64,000 nt of DNA from an uncultured Methanomassiliicoccales archaeon (GCA_963710685.1 CAVQBH010000009.1:755673-819672), one strand, 5' to 3'; numbered from the stretch's first letter, positions 31,768-41,113 are shown. The notes: generated by a model from the letters alone, not told the origin. Made by a program: numbers and translations.

Positions 31768-33465
31768 ATGAACAAGAATTCCTCCAAGGTGTCACATTTC
31801 ACCTCCGTAACAACGATACTGTTCTCGTTGCTGCTGCTGACGGTCCTGCTAGGCACCGTAACGGTGGCCAGCGCCAGCGGGACCGGCGCGGGGACCAGCC
31901 TGACCAGCGGGACCGTTCTGAACCTGCATGTCCCCTTCAGGATAGACGGGGATCAGGACCTGGTCTCCCAGGCGACCGGTCAGGGATGGCCGGGAGACGG
32001 TTCGGTTTCGAACCCTTTCATGATCGAGAACCTCGAGGTCAATGCCACGGGCTCGTTCTACGGCATCTACCTGGGCAACGTTACCTTGAGCTTCACCGTT
32101 TCTTCTTGTTCGGTCTCCGGAGCGATCGCCGCTGACACCGACGATTATCCGTACCACTACGGGGCGGGGATCGAGGTCTTGAACGACTCAGGCAAGGTGA
32201 AAGTGCAGAACAACCTCTGCGACAGCGACAGCGAGGGTATCTTCGTCTACGGATCGAACTCCTCCACCATCGAGGACAACACCTGCAACAACAACGGTCA
32301 CGACGGGATCGACCTGTCCGGGTGCGGTAGCGGGTCGGTCCTGAACAACATCTGCAGCGGCAACGCTAACACCGGGATCTATCTCGCCGGGTCGAGCACC
32401 GGGAACAAGGTCTCCGGCAACGTGTGCGGCGCTGAGGGGTACGGCATCTATCTCTATCGGTCGGGGTCGAACATCGTGTCCGGTAACAGCTGCAAGAGCG
32501 ATGGACATGGGATTCTCCTGGGCTCTTCCGGGAACAGCAGCGTCTCCGGCAACACCTGCGCCAACTCGACATTGAGCGGGATAACGCTGGAAGGGAGCAA
32601 TTCCAGCAGCGTCTCCGGCAACACCTGCGACGGCAATGGCTACTACGGGATATTCCTGGACTCGGCGAACGGCGACAGCGTTTCCGGCAACACCTGCGAC
32701 GGCAACAAGTATTATGGTATCTTCCTCGGCGGGTCGTATTCCAACTCCGTGACGGACAACGACTGCAGTTCGAACAGCTTCTACGGCATCTACCTGTACA
32801 GCTCTTTGTCCAACACAGTTTCCGGCAACACTTGCGATTACAACACCCACTACGGCATCTACCTGTACAGCGCTAGCATCAGCAACGTGATCCAGGCGAA
32901 CACCTGCGATGGGAATCAGGAGGTAGGCGTCTTCCTTTACTCCTCGGGCACCGAGAATCTGCTCAAGGCCAATACCTGCGACGATAATGGCCACTACGGG
33001 ATCTACCTCTACTCGTCGAACTTCACCAAGATCCTGGAAAATCTCTGCCGGACGAACGGGTACTACGGCGTCTATCTCTACAATGAAAGTTCCAACAACA
33101 CCATCCAGGCCAACTCCTGCAACGACAATTCGGTCACCGGTACCCTGCTCTATCTGGATTGCAGTAACAACACCATCCAGGCCAACACCTGCAACGGGAA
33201 CAGCGGCAAAGGCATCCAGCTCCTGCAGGCATGCGACAACAACAACGTCAGCCTGAACACCTGCCTGGGCAACGGGGAGGGTATAAGCGTCGATGCCACC
33301 AGCATTGGCAACCTCGTCACCGGCAACACCGTCGCGGAGCCCGCCAATGGTGACTGGGGGTGGTTCGCCGCCATAGGTGCGATCGCCCTGGCCATCGCGC
33401 TGCTGATATTCCTGGCGCTGAGAAGGAGAGGTCCGGCAAAGAAGAAGAGGAGGAGCGGGAGGTGA
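31768..33465 (+). CDS. parallel beta-helix repeat surface protein with signal peptide and C-terminal TM anchor
   Basis: The MNKNSSKV.. start is followed by a hydrophobic signal region (TTILFSLLLLTVLLGTVTVASA) and 16 tandem PbH1-like repeats. The C-terminal helix is followed by RRRGPAKKKRRSGR. Confidence 0.8.
   Translation: MNKNSSKVSHFTSVTTILFSLLLLTVLLGTVTVASASGTGAGTSLTSGTVLNLHVPFRIDGDQDLVSQATGQGWPGDGSVSNPFMIENLEVNATGSFYGIYLGNVTLSFTVSSCSVSGAIAADTDDYPYHYGAGIEVLNDSGKVKVQNNLCDSDSEGIFVYGSNSSTIEDNTCNNNGHDGIDLSGCGSGSVLNNICSGNANTGIYLAGSSTGNKVSGNVCGAEGYGIYLYRSGSNIVSGNSCKSDGHGILLGSSGNSSVSGNTCANSTLSGITLEGSNSSSVSGNTCDGNGYYGIFLDSANGDSVSGNTCDGNKYYGIFLGGSYSNSVTDNDCSSNSFYGIYLYSSLSNTVSGNTCDYNTHYGIYLYSASISNVIQANTCDGNQEVGVFLYSSGTENLLKANTCDDNGHYGIYLYSSNFTKILENLCRTNGYYGVYLYNESSNNTIQANSCNDNSVTGTLLYLDCSNNTIQANTCNGNSGKGIQLLQACDNNNVSLNTCLGNGEGISVDATSIGNLVTGNTVAEPANGDWGWFAAIGAIALAIALLIFLALRRRGPAKKKRRSGR
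32209..33327 (+). repeat. 16 tandem coding repeats of 22-24 aa (66-72 bp), consensus N-x-C-x-x-N-x-x-x-G-I-x-L-x-x-S-x-x-N-x-V-S-G
   Basis: I counted the repeats directly in the translation, from NNLCDSDSEGIFVYGSNSSTIED to NTCLGNGEGISVDATSIGNLVTG. Nucleotide-level recurrences such as GTCTCCGGCAACACCTGCG are present. Confidence 0.75.
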
Positions 33466-33553
33466 GATCCTTGACCGAGGACCTCCCCTTCACATGGCCA
33501 GCGGAGGTCCAGGGAGAGAGCCTTATAATAATCTCAAATCCATTGGCTTCAGT

Positions 33554-34267
33554 ATGATAACGCTTGTCGGGGTCGGGCACGTCTTCGATATCGCCGCACA
33601 GGTGAAACAAGTGATCCGGGAAAGGAACCCGGGTGCGGTGTGCATAGAGCTCGACCAGGAAAGGTACGACGCGCTCCGCCATCCCCGGGCGCGGGGGGAC
33701 GTGCCATTGCCATACAAACTGCTGGCATTCATGCAGAGGCGTATGGCCCACCAATACGGAGGGGAGGTCGGCAATGAGATGCTGGCGGCGGCGGATGAGG
33801 CGATCGATCTGCATGCCAGCCTGCTCCTGATCGACGCCGAGGCGGGCAACCTTTTCAACCGACTCTGGCAGGAGATGGAGTTTCGGGAGAGGGTCCTGCT
33901 GATCGTCTCCAGCGTCGGCGGCCTGTTGATGACCCGCAAGCGCATCGACAACGAGATCGAGAACTTCCAGGACAACGAAGCGACCTACCTGGAGCAGATG
34001 GGCCAGGAGTTCCCCACGATCAAGCGGGTGCTCATCGACGAGAGGAACCAGCTTATGGGCTCCCGAATCCTGAACGCCGAGACCCAGTTCGGCAACGTGG
34101 TGGCGATGGTCGGGGACGGACACATCGACGGGATCATGGCCCTGATCAACCGACCGGATGTGGAAGTGATCCGCCTGAAGGCCCTCCGGGACATCCAGGT
34201 GAAGGACGTCCGTACCGGTTCCGGCACTTCCGAGGCGCACATCCAGTTCACGGTCCGAACAGAGTAA
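33554..34267 (+). CDS. TraB/PrgY-family protein
   Basis: MITLVGVGHVFDI N-terminus, then later ERN..M and GDGHIDGI. ATG at 33554 was chosen as the start. Confidence 0.75.
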   Translation: MITLVGVGHVFDIAAQVKQVIRERNPGAVCIELDQERYDALRHPRARGDVPLPYKLLAFMQRRMAHQYGGEVGNEMLAAADEAIDLHASLLLIDAEAGNLFNRLWQEMEFRERVLLIVSSVGGLLMTRKRIDNEIENFQDNEATYLEQMGQEFPTIKRVLIDERNQLMGSRILNAETQFGNVVAMVGDGHIDGIMALINRPDVEVIRLKALRDIQVKDVRTGSGTSEAHIQFTVRTE

Positions 34268-34309
34268 AGGAAGGATTAATCACCCGGTAGAGGATCTCCT
34301 TGGTGTTCC

Positions 34310-34975
34310 ATGAAGGTCAAGCTGCTATCGTACACCAACCAGGCGGAGGTGCTTTGCGCCACCGCCGCCCGGACCTGCTATTCCTCCGACGCCCCGTCCA
34401 GGATACTGGAGAACATCGATGAGGCCAAGGCGGGCAAGTTCATCGACAACGTGGTGGGGATGGGGCATCATTCGATCATCGAGCACGCCTATTACACATT
34501 CTCGCTGGAGGGCGTCTCACGGGCGATGACCCATCAGCTGGTCCGGCACCGTCTGGCCTCCTTCTCGCAGCAGTCGCAGCGGTACGTGTCGCTGCTGACC
34601 CCGGACTACGTCGTTCCGCCCACCATCAAGGGCGATCCAGAGGCGGAAAGCCGGTTCAAGGAGGCCATGGAGCAATCCTGGGAGGCGTACCAGAAATTGG
34701 CCGAGCTCATACCGGTCGAAGATGCCAGGTACGTGCTCCCGAACGCCTGCACCACCAACATCATGGTCACCATGAATGCCAGGGAACTGCTGCACTTCTT
34801 CACCATGAGGTGCTGCAACCGGGCCCAATGGGAGATACGGGAGGTGGCCGACATAATGCTCGAGGAGGTGCTCAAGGTATCCCCTGCAATATTCAAGGAT
34901 GCGGGGCCTGGATGCGTCCGGGGAGCCTGCCCAGAGGGGAAGATGTCGTGCGGTCGCCCAAGGAAAAAGCGTTGA
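34310..34975 (+). CDS. thyX: FAD-dependent thymidylate synthase
   Basis: The ThyX signature RHRxxSxxxxSxR is present as RHRLASFSQQSQR. Confidence 0.92.
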   Translation: MKVKLLSYTNQAEVLCATAARTCYSSDAPSRILENIDEAKAGKFIDNVVGMGHHSIIEHAYYTFSLEGVSRAMTHQLVRHRLASFSQQSQRYVSLLTPDYVVPPTIKGDPEAESRFKEAMEQSWEAYQKLAELIPVEDARYVLPNACTTNIMVTMNARELLHFFTMRCCNRAQWEIREVADIMLEEVLKVSPAIFKDAGPGCVRGACPEGKMSCGRPRKKR

Positions 34976-34981
34976 AAAAGG

Positions 34982-34989
34982 CTTATATA
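34982..34989 (+). promoter_or_regulatory. putative TATA box for rps17e
   Basis: CTTATATA lies about 39 nt upstream of ATG 35028. Confidence 0.35.
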
Positions 34990-35027
34990 GACCGAACACT
35001 TTTGCGGCTCCCATCAAGGTCGTCATT

Positions 35028-35219
35028 ATGGGCAATGTCCGTCCAACTTACATCAAACGTGTCGCTATGGAACTCGTGCAGAAGTACCCCAGGGCTTGCT
35101 CTGCCGATTTCGAGAACAACAAGGTGCTGGTATCCAAGCTCACCGACGTCTCGTCGATCGTGATGAGGAACCGCATCGCCGGGTACATCTCCCGGTACTG
35201 GCAGAACCAGGAATTCTAG
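35028..35219 (+). CDS. rps17e: 30S ribosomal protein S17e
   Basis: 63-aa MGNVRPTYIKRVAMELVQKYP...; the upstream part of the ORF-track entry overlaps thyX. Confidence 0.9.
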   Translation: MGNVRPTYIKRVAMELVQKYPRACSADFENNKVLVSKLTDVSSIVMRNRIAGYISRYWQNQEF

Positions 35220-35259
35220 GCGAAACTATATCATGGCTCCCCAGAATCTGGTGTGAGCC

Positions 35260-36222
35260 ATGGTCAAAGCAATTGAGGTCAATGACCTCACCCGACTTTT
35301 CGGTGGAAAGAAGACAGAGCCCAGCGTAGCCCTTGATCACCTGGACCTTCAGGTGGAGGAGGGCGAACTTTTCGGGCTCCTCGGTCCCAACGGCGCAGGC
35401 AAGACCACCCTCATCAAGATCCTGTCCACATTGCTGCTCCCCTCGTCCGGCTCCGCCAAGGTGCTGGGCTACGACGTCGTCAGTGAGGCGGCCAAGATCC
35501 GGCCCAGGATCAACATGGTCTCCGGAGGGGAGACGTCCGGCTACGGGCTGCTCACGGTCAGGGAGAACCTGTGGATGTTCTCTCAGTTCTACGGCATCCC
35601 GGGGAAGGAGGCCAAGGCCGCCATCGAGGACCTGCTTGCCAAGTTCGATCTTCTGGACAAGGGGGACTCCAAGGTGCGCACCATATCCACCGGCCAGCGT
35701 CAGAAGATGAACGTGGTCCGGGGCTTCGTGACGGACCCGGACCTGCTCTACCTGGACGAACCGACGCTCGGTCTCGATGTGAACGCCTCCCTGGTCATAC
35801 GGGAGCATCTGCGGTCCTGGGTCAAGGGCGGCGCCGGCAAGACGCTGCTGCTCACCACCCACTACATGATCGAGGCGGACGAGCTGTGCGACCGGGTAGC
35901 GATAATCAACAACGGTCGGATCCTGGCCTGCGATTCTCCCCGGAACCTGAAGAGAATGATATCGAAGAGCACCACGTTCAGCATAGAGACCACGCCGTTC
36001 GGTGACGTGGACGGACTTTCGAAGCTCCGCGGGGTCACCGGATGCTCGGCCGAGGCCACCAACGAGCACACACTGCTGAAATTGGTCACCGAGGACGAGT
36101 CCTCCATATCCGACATCATCTCCTACCTGACCCAGCGCAATGCGAAGATACTCTCGTTCAACAAGAACGAGCCGACGCTGGAGGATGTGTTCATTCAGAT
36201 GGTGGGGAGAGGGCTCGAATGA
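35260..36222 (+). CDS. ABC transporter ATP-binding protein (ABC-2/DrrA-like)
   Basis: Walker A GPNGAGKTT, signature STGQRQK and Walker B LLYLDEPT. Confidence 0.9.
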   Translation: MVKAIEVNDLTRLFGGKKTEPSVALDHLDLQVEEGELFGLLGPNGAGKTTLIKILSTLLLPSSGSAKVLGYDVVSEAAKIRPRINMVSGGETSGYGLLTVRENLWMFSQFYGIPGKEAKAAIEDLLAKFDLLDKGDSKVRTISTGQRQKMNVVRGFVTDPDLLYLDEPTLGLDVNASLVIREHLRSWVKGGAGKTLLLTTHYMIEADELCDRVAIINNGRILACDSPRNLKRMISKSTTFSIETTPFGDVDGLSKLRGVTGCSAEATNEHTLLKLVTEDESSISDIISYLTQRNAKILSFNKNEPTLEDVFIQMVGRGLE

Positions 36223-37031
36223 TCGACTGGCGGTTGAACGGGAGGGCGATCATCGGAAGGGCGTACCCCCGTATCCTGGGGGTCATGCGGGAACCGTCGT
36301 GGATACTTTTCGACATCTTCCTTCCGCTGCTCGGCATCGCCGCCTACATATTCTACTACCGGGCCATGAACGCGCCGGAGGCGTTCGCCGGCTTCATCGT
36401 CATTGGCGGTGCCATGACGGCCTACTGGATGAACGTTCTATGGTCAATGGCGACGCAATTCTACTGGGAGAAGGAGGTGGGCAACCTGCAGCTGTACATG
36501 CTCGCCCCCATGTCCCGCATGAGCGTGCTCGCCGGCATGGCGTTGGGCGGGATGCTGATGACCACCATCAGGGCGGTGTCGACGGTGCTCCTGGGCGTAT
36601 TCCTCTTCGACGTACATTTCACACTAACCCAGCCGTTGGAGCTCATCCTCGTGTTCTCGTTCACGCTCGTCGCCCTGTACGGCATGGGCATGATGTTCTC
36701 CTCCCTGTTCATGATGTGGGGGCGTTCGGCGATGCAGATGACCTCGCTGCTGCAGGAACCGATCTATCTGGTGTCAGGATTCTATTTCCCGGTCCGGGCC
36801 CTGGGCTACTGGGTGGCGCTGGGGGCCTCCATTCTGCCGATAACTCTGGGCCTGGACGGGATGCGCCAGCTGCTGTTCGGCGCCAGCTCCAACGGGTTCC
36901 TTCCGGTGGACCTGGAGGTCGCCATCCTGGCAGTTCTGGCGGTCGTGTTCTTCTTTTTGGCCAGACACTTCCTGGAATTCATGGAGACCATGGGTAAGAG
37001 GGAAGGGAGGCTGACCCTGAGATGGCAGTGA
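36219..37031 (+). CDS. ABC-2 type transporter permease
   Basis: The MIDWRLNG start overlaps the ATPase stop (ATGA). The protein is polytopic and hydrophobic. Confidence 0.8.
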   Translation: MIDWRLNGRAIIGRAYPRILGVMREPSWILFDIFLPLLGIAAYIFYYRAMNAPEAFAGFIVIGGAMTAYWMNVLWSMATQFYWEKEVGNLQLYMLAPMSRMSVLAGMALGGMLMTTIRAVSTVLLGVFLFDVHFTLTQPLELILVFSFTLVALYGMGMMFSSLFMMWGRSAMQMTSLLQEPIYLVSGFYFPVRALGYWVALGASILPITLGLDGMRQLLFGASSNGFLPVDLEVAILAVLAVVFFFLARHFLEFMETMGKREGRLTLRWQ

Positions 37032-37894
37032 GGGAACGTCTCGCGAATAATTGGCGCACCTTCCGCTGGGCCTCCTGGCTGGGCTGGCAGATGGAGGCCA
37101 ACTGGACGAACTGGTATCTGTTCTTCATCTACTCGATCGCCAAGCCGATCGCGGGAACGCTGATCGTCGTCATCATGTACCTGATCGTGTTCGGCGGGGT
37201 GACCGGGGACCCGACGTTCTTTTCCTACATGTATCTCGGGAACGCCTTTTACATCTTCATAGGCCAGGCGCTATTCGGGACGACGTGGGTGATCCATGAG
37301 GACCGGGAGCACTACCAGACCCTGAAGCAGGTATACATGGCCCCGATCAGTCTGCTCGTCTACCTGGTCGGGCGGGCCATGGCGAAGATAGCGGTGGCTG
37401 GGATGGCGGTGATCATAACGCTGGCGTTCGGCATGCTGGCGCTGGGCCTGCCCCTGGCCCTGCTCAACATTGACTGGCCGCTGCTGGCGTTGGCACTGTT
37501 GATCGGACTGGTGTGCATGGTCTCGATAGGCATAGCCCTGGCCGGCATAACATTCCTCACCGCCAAGCATGGCTACGGCATCAACGAGGGCGTGGCGGGC
37601 ATATTCTATCTGTTCTGCGGGGCCATCTTCCCTCTGACCGTTCTGCCCGACTGGGGGAGGGCCGTAGGCCAGGTCATACCGATCACCTATTGGCTCGAGA
37701 TCACGAGGAGGGCGATGCTGCCCGATTCGGGCATCTCCAACATCAGCGGATTGGGCGATTTTTCCAACATCCAGATACTATCCTTCCTGCTACTTTCCGC
37801 AGGGATATTCCTGGTCCTCTCAATCGGTATATTCAAGTATGCGGACTATCTTGCCAGAAAGAAGGGCAAGCTCGATATGAGCACGTCCTATTGA
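37022..37894 (+). CDS. ABC-2 type transporter permease (second subunit)
   Basis: 290-aa polytopic ORF overlapping the previous permease by 10 nt. Confidence 0.8.
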   Translation: MAVRERLANNWRTFRWASWLGWQMEANWTNWYLFFIYSIAKPIAGTLIVVIMYLIVFGGVTGDPTFFSYMYLGNAFYIFIGQALFGTTWVIHEDREHYQTLKQVYMAPISLLVYLVGRAMAKIAVAGMAVIITLAFGMLALGLPLALLNIDWPLLALALLIGLVCMVSIGIALAGITFLTAKHGYGINEGVAGIFYLFCGAIFPLTVLPDWGRAVGQVIPITYWLEITRRAMLPDSGISNISGLGDFSNIQILSFLLLSAGIFLVLSIGIFKYADYLARKKGKLDMSTSY

Positions 37895-37934
37895 TGCGTG
37901 CCGGACTGGATTTCTGTTCCGGCGGTAGATAAAA

Positions 37935-38008
37935 GCCCGAGTGGGGTAGCTTGGATATCCTAGGAGGCTGCGAACCTCCAGACCCGGATTCAAATTCCGG
38001 CTCGGGCG
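37935..38008 (+). tRNA. tRNA-Arg (anticodon GCG)
   Basis: The cloverleaf was folded by hand. The acceptor is GCCCGAG/CTCGGGC, the anticodon stem GGAGG/CCTCC with loop CTGCGAA, and the T-arm CCGGA-TTCAAAT-TCCGG. No CCA is encoded. Confidence 0.9.
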
Positions 38009-38019
38009 CTATCCTTCAC

Positions 38020-39939
38020 TTATTCTAGATTGTGCCTCTCCTTGATCTCGGCCTCTCCTGGCGGCAGGATGCGCCCGATCTCCTCCTCCGGAACCCCGAA
38101 GATCTTTGCCAGCACCGCGGAGGCCTTTCCACCGACGTTCTTGCCGGGAATAATTACCGCGTACTTGGTCGACAGCTTCTCGACGCTGGACCTCGGACCG
38201 CACATGATCTTCCTAGCACCTTCGTGGGTTATCTCGCCTACGGCCAATTCCAGCGGCAGGTGGTGCGCGTAGTTGCGTTTACCCCTGATCACGAAACCTC
38301 CCCGCGGCACGAACTCCCCGGCGTCGGGGGTCTTGGTGACCTGGTCCGGTTCCACCCAGTAGGCGGTACCCTCGCTCACGCCCGCGTTCCAGGCCTTGGA
38401 ATGGGCCAGGGCGAACAGGCACAGCTCCCGCAGCTCGTCATCGGTGGCGGTACCTCCATCCTTCAGGATGGTCGACGGGGCCCCGTGGACGTCCGCGTGC
38501 GCATACCGGTCCTTGGAGGTCAGGTGCTTCTTCACCACCTGGTCGTTCCCTCTGGCGTCCCGGCCGGCAAGTACCAGCTTTCCTCCGGAGGTGAGGAACC
38601 ATTTGTAAGCCTCGAACCAGAATCTCTTGGTCGGCTTTACCTCCTTTACGGCGGTGCGCGCGATGGCCTCTCCCTTCTTACGGCGGGAGGCGATCTTAAG
38701 TTCGGTTTCCTGGGCGGCCTGTTCCGCTCCCACCAGCTTAGACTTGGCCTCCTTGGCCTCCAGGAACAGAAGGTTGGCGTTCTCTTCCAGGCCGGCGGTG
38801 TAGTCCACCTTGACCTCGAACTCACCCAGCTTGACCGTGGCGGTGTGGGACTTGGGGTCCACGGTGACCACGCCCGGTATGCCCAGCATCGACGATTTGA
38901 TGGCCTCCCAGTCTCCCATGGAGGCGATCTCCTTCAGGCGGGCCAAAAGGTCGGTCGCCTGCTGATAGTTGACGTAGAGTGAATTGGCCCTCTCCGCCAG
39001 TCGTTCGGACTCCTCGCGCTGCCGGGTGACGTTCTGGGTCATCTGTTCCATCTGCCGCAGCAGACGTTCCAGCTCCTCGTCCTTCTCCTCTTTCTTCTCT
39101 TCCACCCGCACGCCTTTGACGAACAGGTCCAACGCCTCGGACAGGGTGGATTTCGGTTCAGAGCGCAGGGAGGAATGGAGGCGCAGCTCGATCGGGGACA
39201 CATCGACCACCAGATCACCGTCGAAGACCAGCCTCGGGCTGGGCGAAGTGGTTATGGCATTGAGTATCTCTCCGATCGAACGGAACAGGTCGTTCATTTC
39301 TGCTTCCGTCAGTGTCTTGGCCTTGCGGGACTTGTCGATGCCCGCCCTGATGCACACTTCCTCCGCATACTGGCCGCCGATGTTGGCCGAGGTGGCCAGG
39401 GTCCGCACCACATCGGCGGTGGAGCCGGCGATGGCCTTCCTGAAACTTTCCTGGTCGCCCTTCTTCGGGTCGAAACGCGAAAGGGGGAATTGGTAGTCGG
39501 CGCCGATCAGCACGTCCCGGTGGCGCCATTTCTTCTGCTCGATGCAGTTCACTATCTTGCCGTCCCCCACGATGAGCAGGTTCCCTTCTCCGAACAGCTC
39601 GAAGATGATGTCGAAGGCGGCCTCTTTGTTCGCCACCTTCATGACCAGTATGCGGTCGAACTCACGTTGTTCCACCGATTGGACCCGGGCATTGCCGAGG
39701 AGCTTCCGGGCATGGACGGCGAAGCTCGAAGGGGTATCCGGGGCGTCCGGTTTCGACTCCGGAGCGAAGAGCCATTTGGTGTCCTTGAAATAGAGTTCCC
39801 TCTTCCCCTGCTGGGTGTTGATCCGGAATAGGACGTTCCTCTTGTCCCAGTTGAACACCTTGTCGACGAAGCCGCCGACAAGTGCCTGCATCTCGCCCGA
39901 TATCGCCATGATATCGAACGCGTTCATCTCTCCCTTCAT
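38020..39939 (-). CDS. NFACT-family (FbpA/RqcH/Rqc2-like) ribosome-quality-control protein
   Basis: About 639-aa ORF with an NFACT-N-like N-terminus, a central coiled coil and a C-terminal NFACT-R/DUF814-like DRYAHADVHGAPSTILK. The start is ATG 39939 (TTG at 39942 is also possible). Confidence 0.85.
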   Translation of the reverse strand: MKGEMNAFDIMAISGEMQALVGGFVDKVFNWDKRNVLFRINTQQGKRELYFKDTKWLFAPESKPDAPDTPSSFAVHARKLLGNARVQSVEQREFDRILVMKVANKEAAFDIIFELFGEGNLLIVGDGKIVNCIEQKKWRHRDVLIGADYQFPLSRFDPKKGDQESFRKAIAGSTADVVRTLATSANIGGQYAEEVCIRAGIDKSRKAKTLTEAEMNDLFRSIGEILNAITTSPSPRLVFDGDLVVDVSPIELRLHSSLRSEPKSTLSEALDLFVKGVRVEEKKEEKDEELERLLRQMEQMTQNVTRQREESERLAERANSLYVNYQQATDLLARLKEIASMGDWEAIKSSMLGIPGVVTVDPKSHTATVKLGEFEVKVDYTAGLEENANLLFLEAKEAKSKLVGAEQAAQETELKIASRRKKGEAIARTAVKEVKPTKRFWFEAYKWFLTSGGKLVLAGRDARGNDQVVKKHLTSKDRYAHADVHGAPSTILKDGGTATDDELRELCLFALAHSKAWNAGVSEGTAYWVEPDQVTKTPDAGEFVPRGGFVIRGKRNYAHHLPLELAVGEITHEGARKIMCGPRSSVEKLSTKYAVIIPGKNVGGKASAVLAKIFGVPEEEIGRILPPGEAEIKERHNLE

Positions 39940-40049
39940 CAATGTCCCTTAGCATCTGGATGGACAAAAGGGTTTGCCATTGATAGCGGTGGTATCGCTC
40001 AATCACTCAGAAAGATTTATCAATGGTAATCAGGTTGGGGAGAAACACT

Positions 40050-40121
40050 GCCACTGTGGCTTAGAGGTATAGCGATGCCTTGGTAAGGCATAGGTCGAGG
40101 GTTCAATTCCCTCCAGTGGCT
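40050..40121 (+). tRNA. tRNA-Thr (anticodon GGU)
   Basis: Hand-folded. The acceptor is GCCACTG/CAGTGGC, the anticodon stem ATGCC/GGCAT with loop TTGGTAA, and the T-arm GAGGG-TTCAATT-CCCTC. No CCA is encoded. Confidence 0.9.
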
Positions 40122-40215
40122 CTCTTTTTCCATGTTCTCGGCCCGGTCGCCGCATTACTTAAAAATTGAAATATAGTGGACGGTTGCTAGTTCGTTGGAT
40201 TCTTGGGTGAAAAGG

Positions 40216-41112
40216 ATGAACCGAAGGCTGTTCTATTCGATCTCGATCTTCTTCGGGGTCCTGGTGTTCGGAACGATAGCCTTCGTTTTCGTCGAACCTT
40301 CGGTCCATCGGGATCCGTTGGTCTCTCTTTATTTCACCATAACGACCGTGTTTACAGTTGGCTACGGAGACATCATTCCGACCACTGGCGTCAGCAGACT
40401 AGTGGCCGTGGTTGTGATGGTGTTAGGCATTGCGGCCGGCGTCTCAACATTGCAGAGCCTGTTCGACCTGGCGATCAAGCGCGACCTCAGGAAGGAGCTG
40501 GGCCTGCCGGAAAGGAGGATCAGGATGAAAGATCATTACATCATCTGCGGTTACGGAAATGTGGGAAGGGAGGTTTTGGACCAGCTGGTCAAGAAAGGGG
40601 AGAAGTTCCTGGTCATCGAGAACGACCGGAGCAAGGTGGAGGCCATGGTCGAGCACGGTATTCCGGTCATCTCCGGTGATGCCGAATCGGAAGAGGTGCT
40701 GGAAAGGGCCAACATCATGACCGCCAAGGGGCTCATCACCACCATGAAGGATTCCCAGAACATGATCGTGGTGCTCACGGCCAAGACCCTCAATCCGAAG
40801 ATATATGTGGTCTCCGAGGTGGAGGACCCCAGCAACGATGGCAAGCTGAAGAGGGTGGGGGCGGACAGCATCGTCAACTGCCACGAGATGGGGGCCAGAC
40901 TGATGGTGGGGCGGGCCCGCCATGTCACCATCGATCCGGTCTGCGGACAGGAGATCAGCGGTCTGGACTCGAAGTTCGAGTTCGTTTACCAGGAAGGGAC
41001 CTATCACTTCTGCTCAAAGGAGTGCATGGAGGCCTTCAAGCTCAATCCCGACCGTTTCAAGGAGCTGAGGAACGTCCTCAACGACACTTGTGGGATGGGG
41101 CCGAGGTTCTGA
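40216..41112 (+). CDS. two-TM K+ channel with one RCK (TrkA-N) domain and C-terminal TRASH/YHS metal-binding domain
   Basis: Selectivity filter TVGYGD (40354-40371), Rossmann motif IICGYGNVGREV, and a C-terminal C-X22-C-X3-C (Cys codons 40942, 41011, 41023). An alternative TTG start lies at 40195. Confidence 0.85.
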   Translation: MNRRLFYSISIFFGVLVFGTIAFVFVEPSVHRDPLVSLYFTITTVFTVGYGDIIPTTGVSRLVAVVVMVLGIAAGVSTLQSLFDLAIKRDLRKELGLPERRIRMKDHYIICGYGNVGREVLDQLVKKGEKFLVIENDRSKVEAMVEHGIPVISGDAESEEVLERANIMTAKGLITTMKDSQNMIVVLTAKTLNPKIYVVSEVEDPSNDGKLKRVGADSIVNCHEMGARLMVGRARHVTIDPVCGQEISGLDSKFEFVYQEGTYHFCSKECMEAFKLNPDRFKELRNVLNDTCGMGPRF

Positions 41113-41113
41113 T

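Noticed and set aside
32209-33327. Regular 66-72-bp periodic repeats that could superficially suggest a CRISPR-like array.
   Set aside because: The repeats are in frame within one long ORF and encode beta-helix coils. There is no repeat-spacer alternation and no cas genes. I saw no CRISPR array anywhere in the window.
37935-40121. The NFACT gene is bracketed by tRNA-Arg and tRNA-Thr, which could be an integrated element between tRNA att sites.
   Set aside because: The bracketed gene is a conserved archaeal core gene. There is no integrase, no direct repeat of tRNA 3' ends, and no compositional shift.
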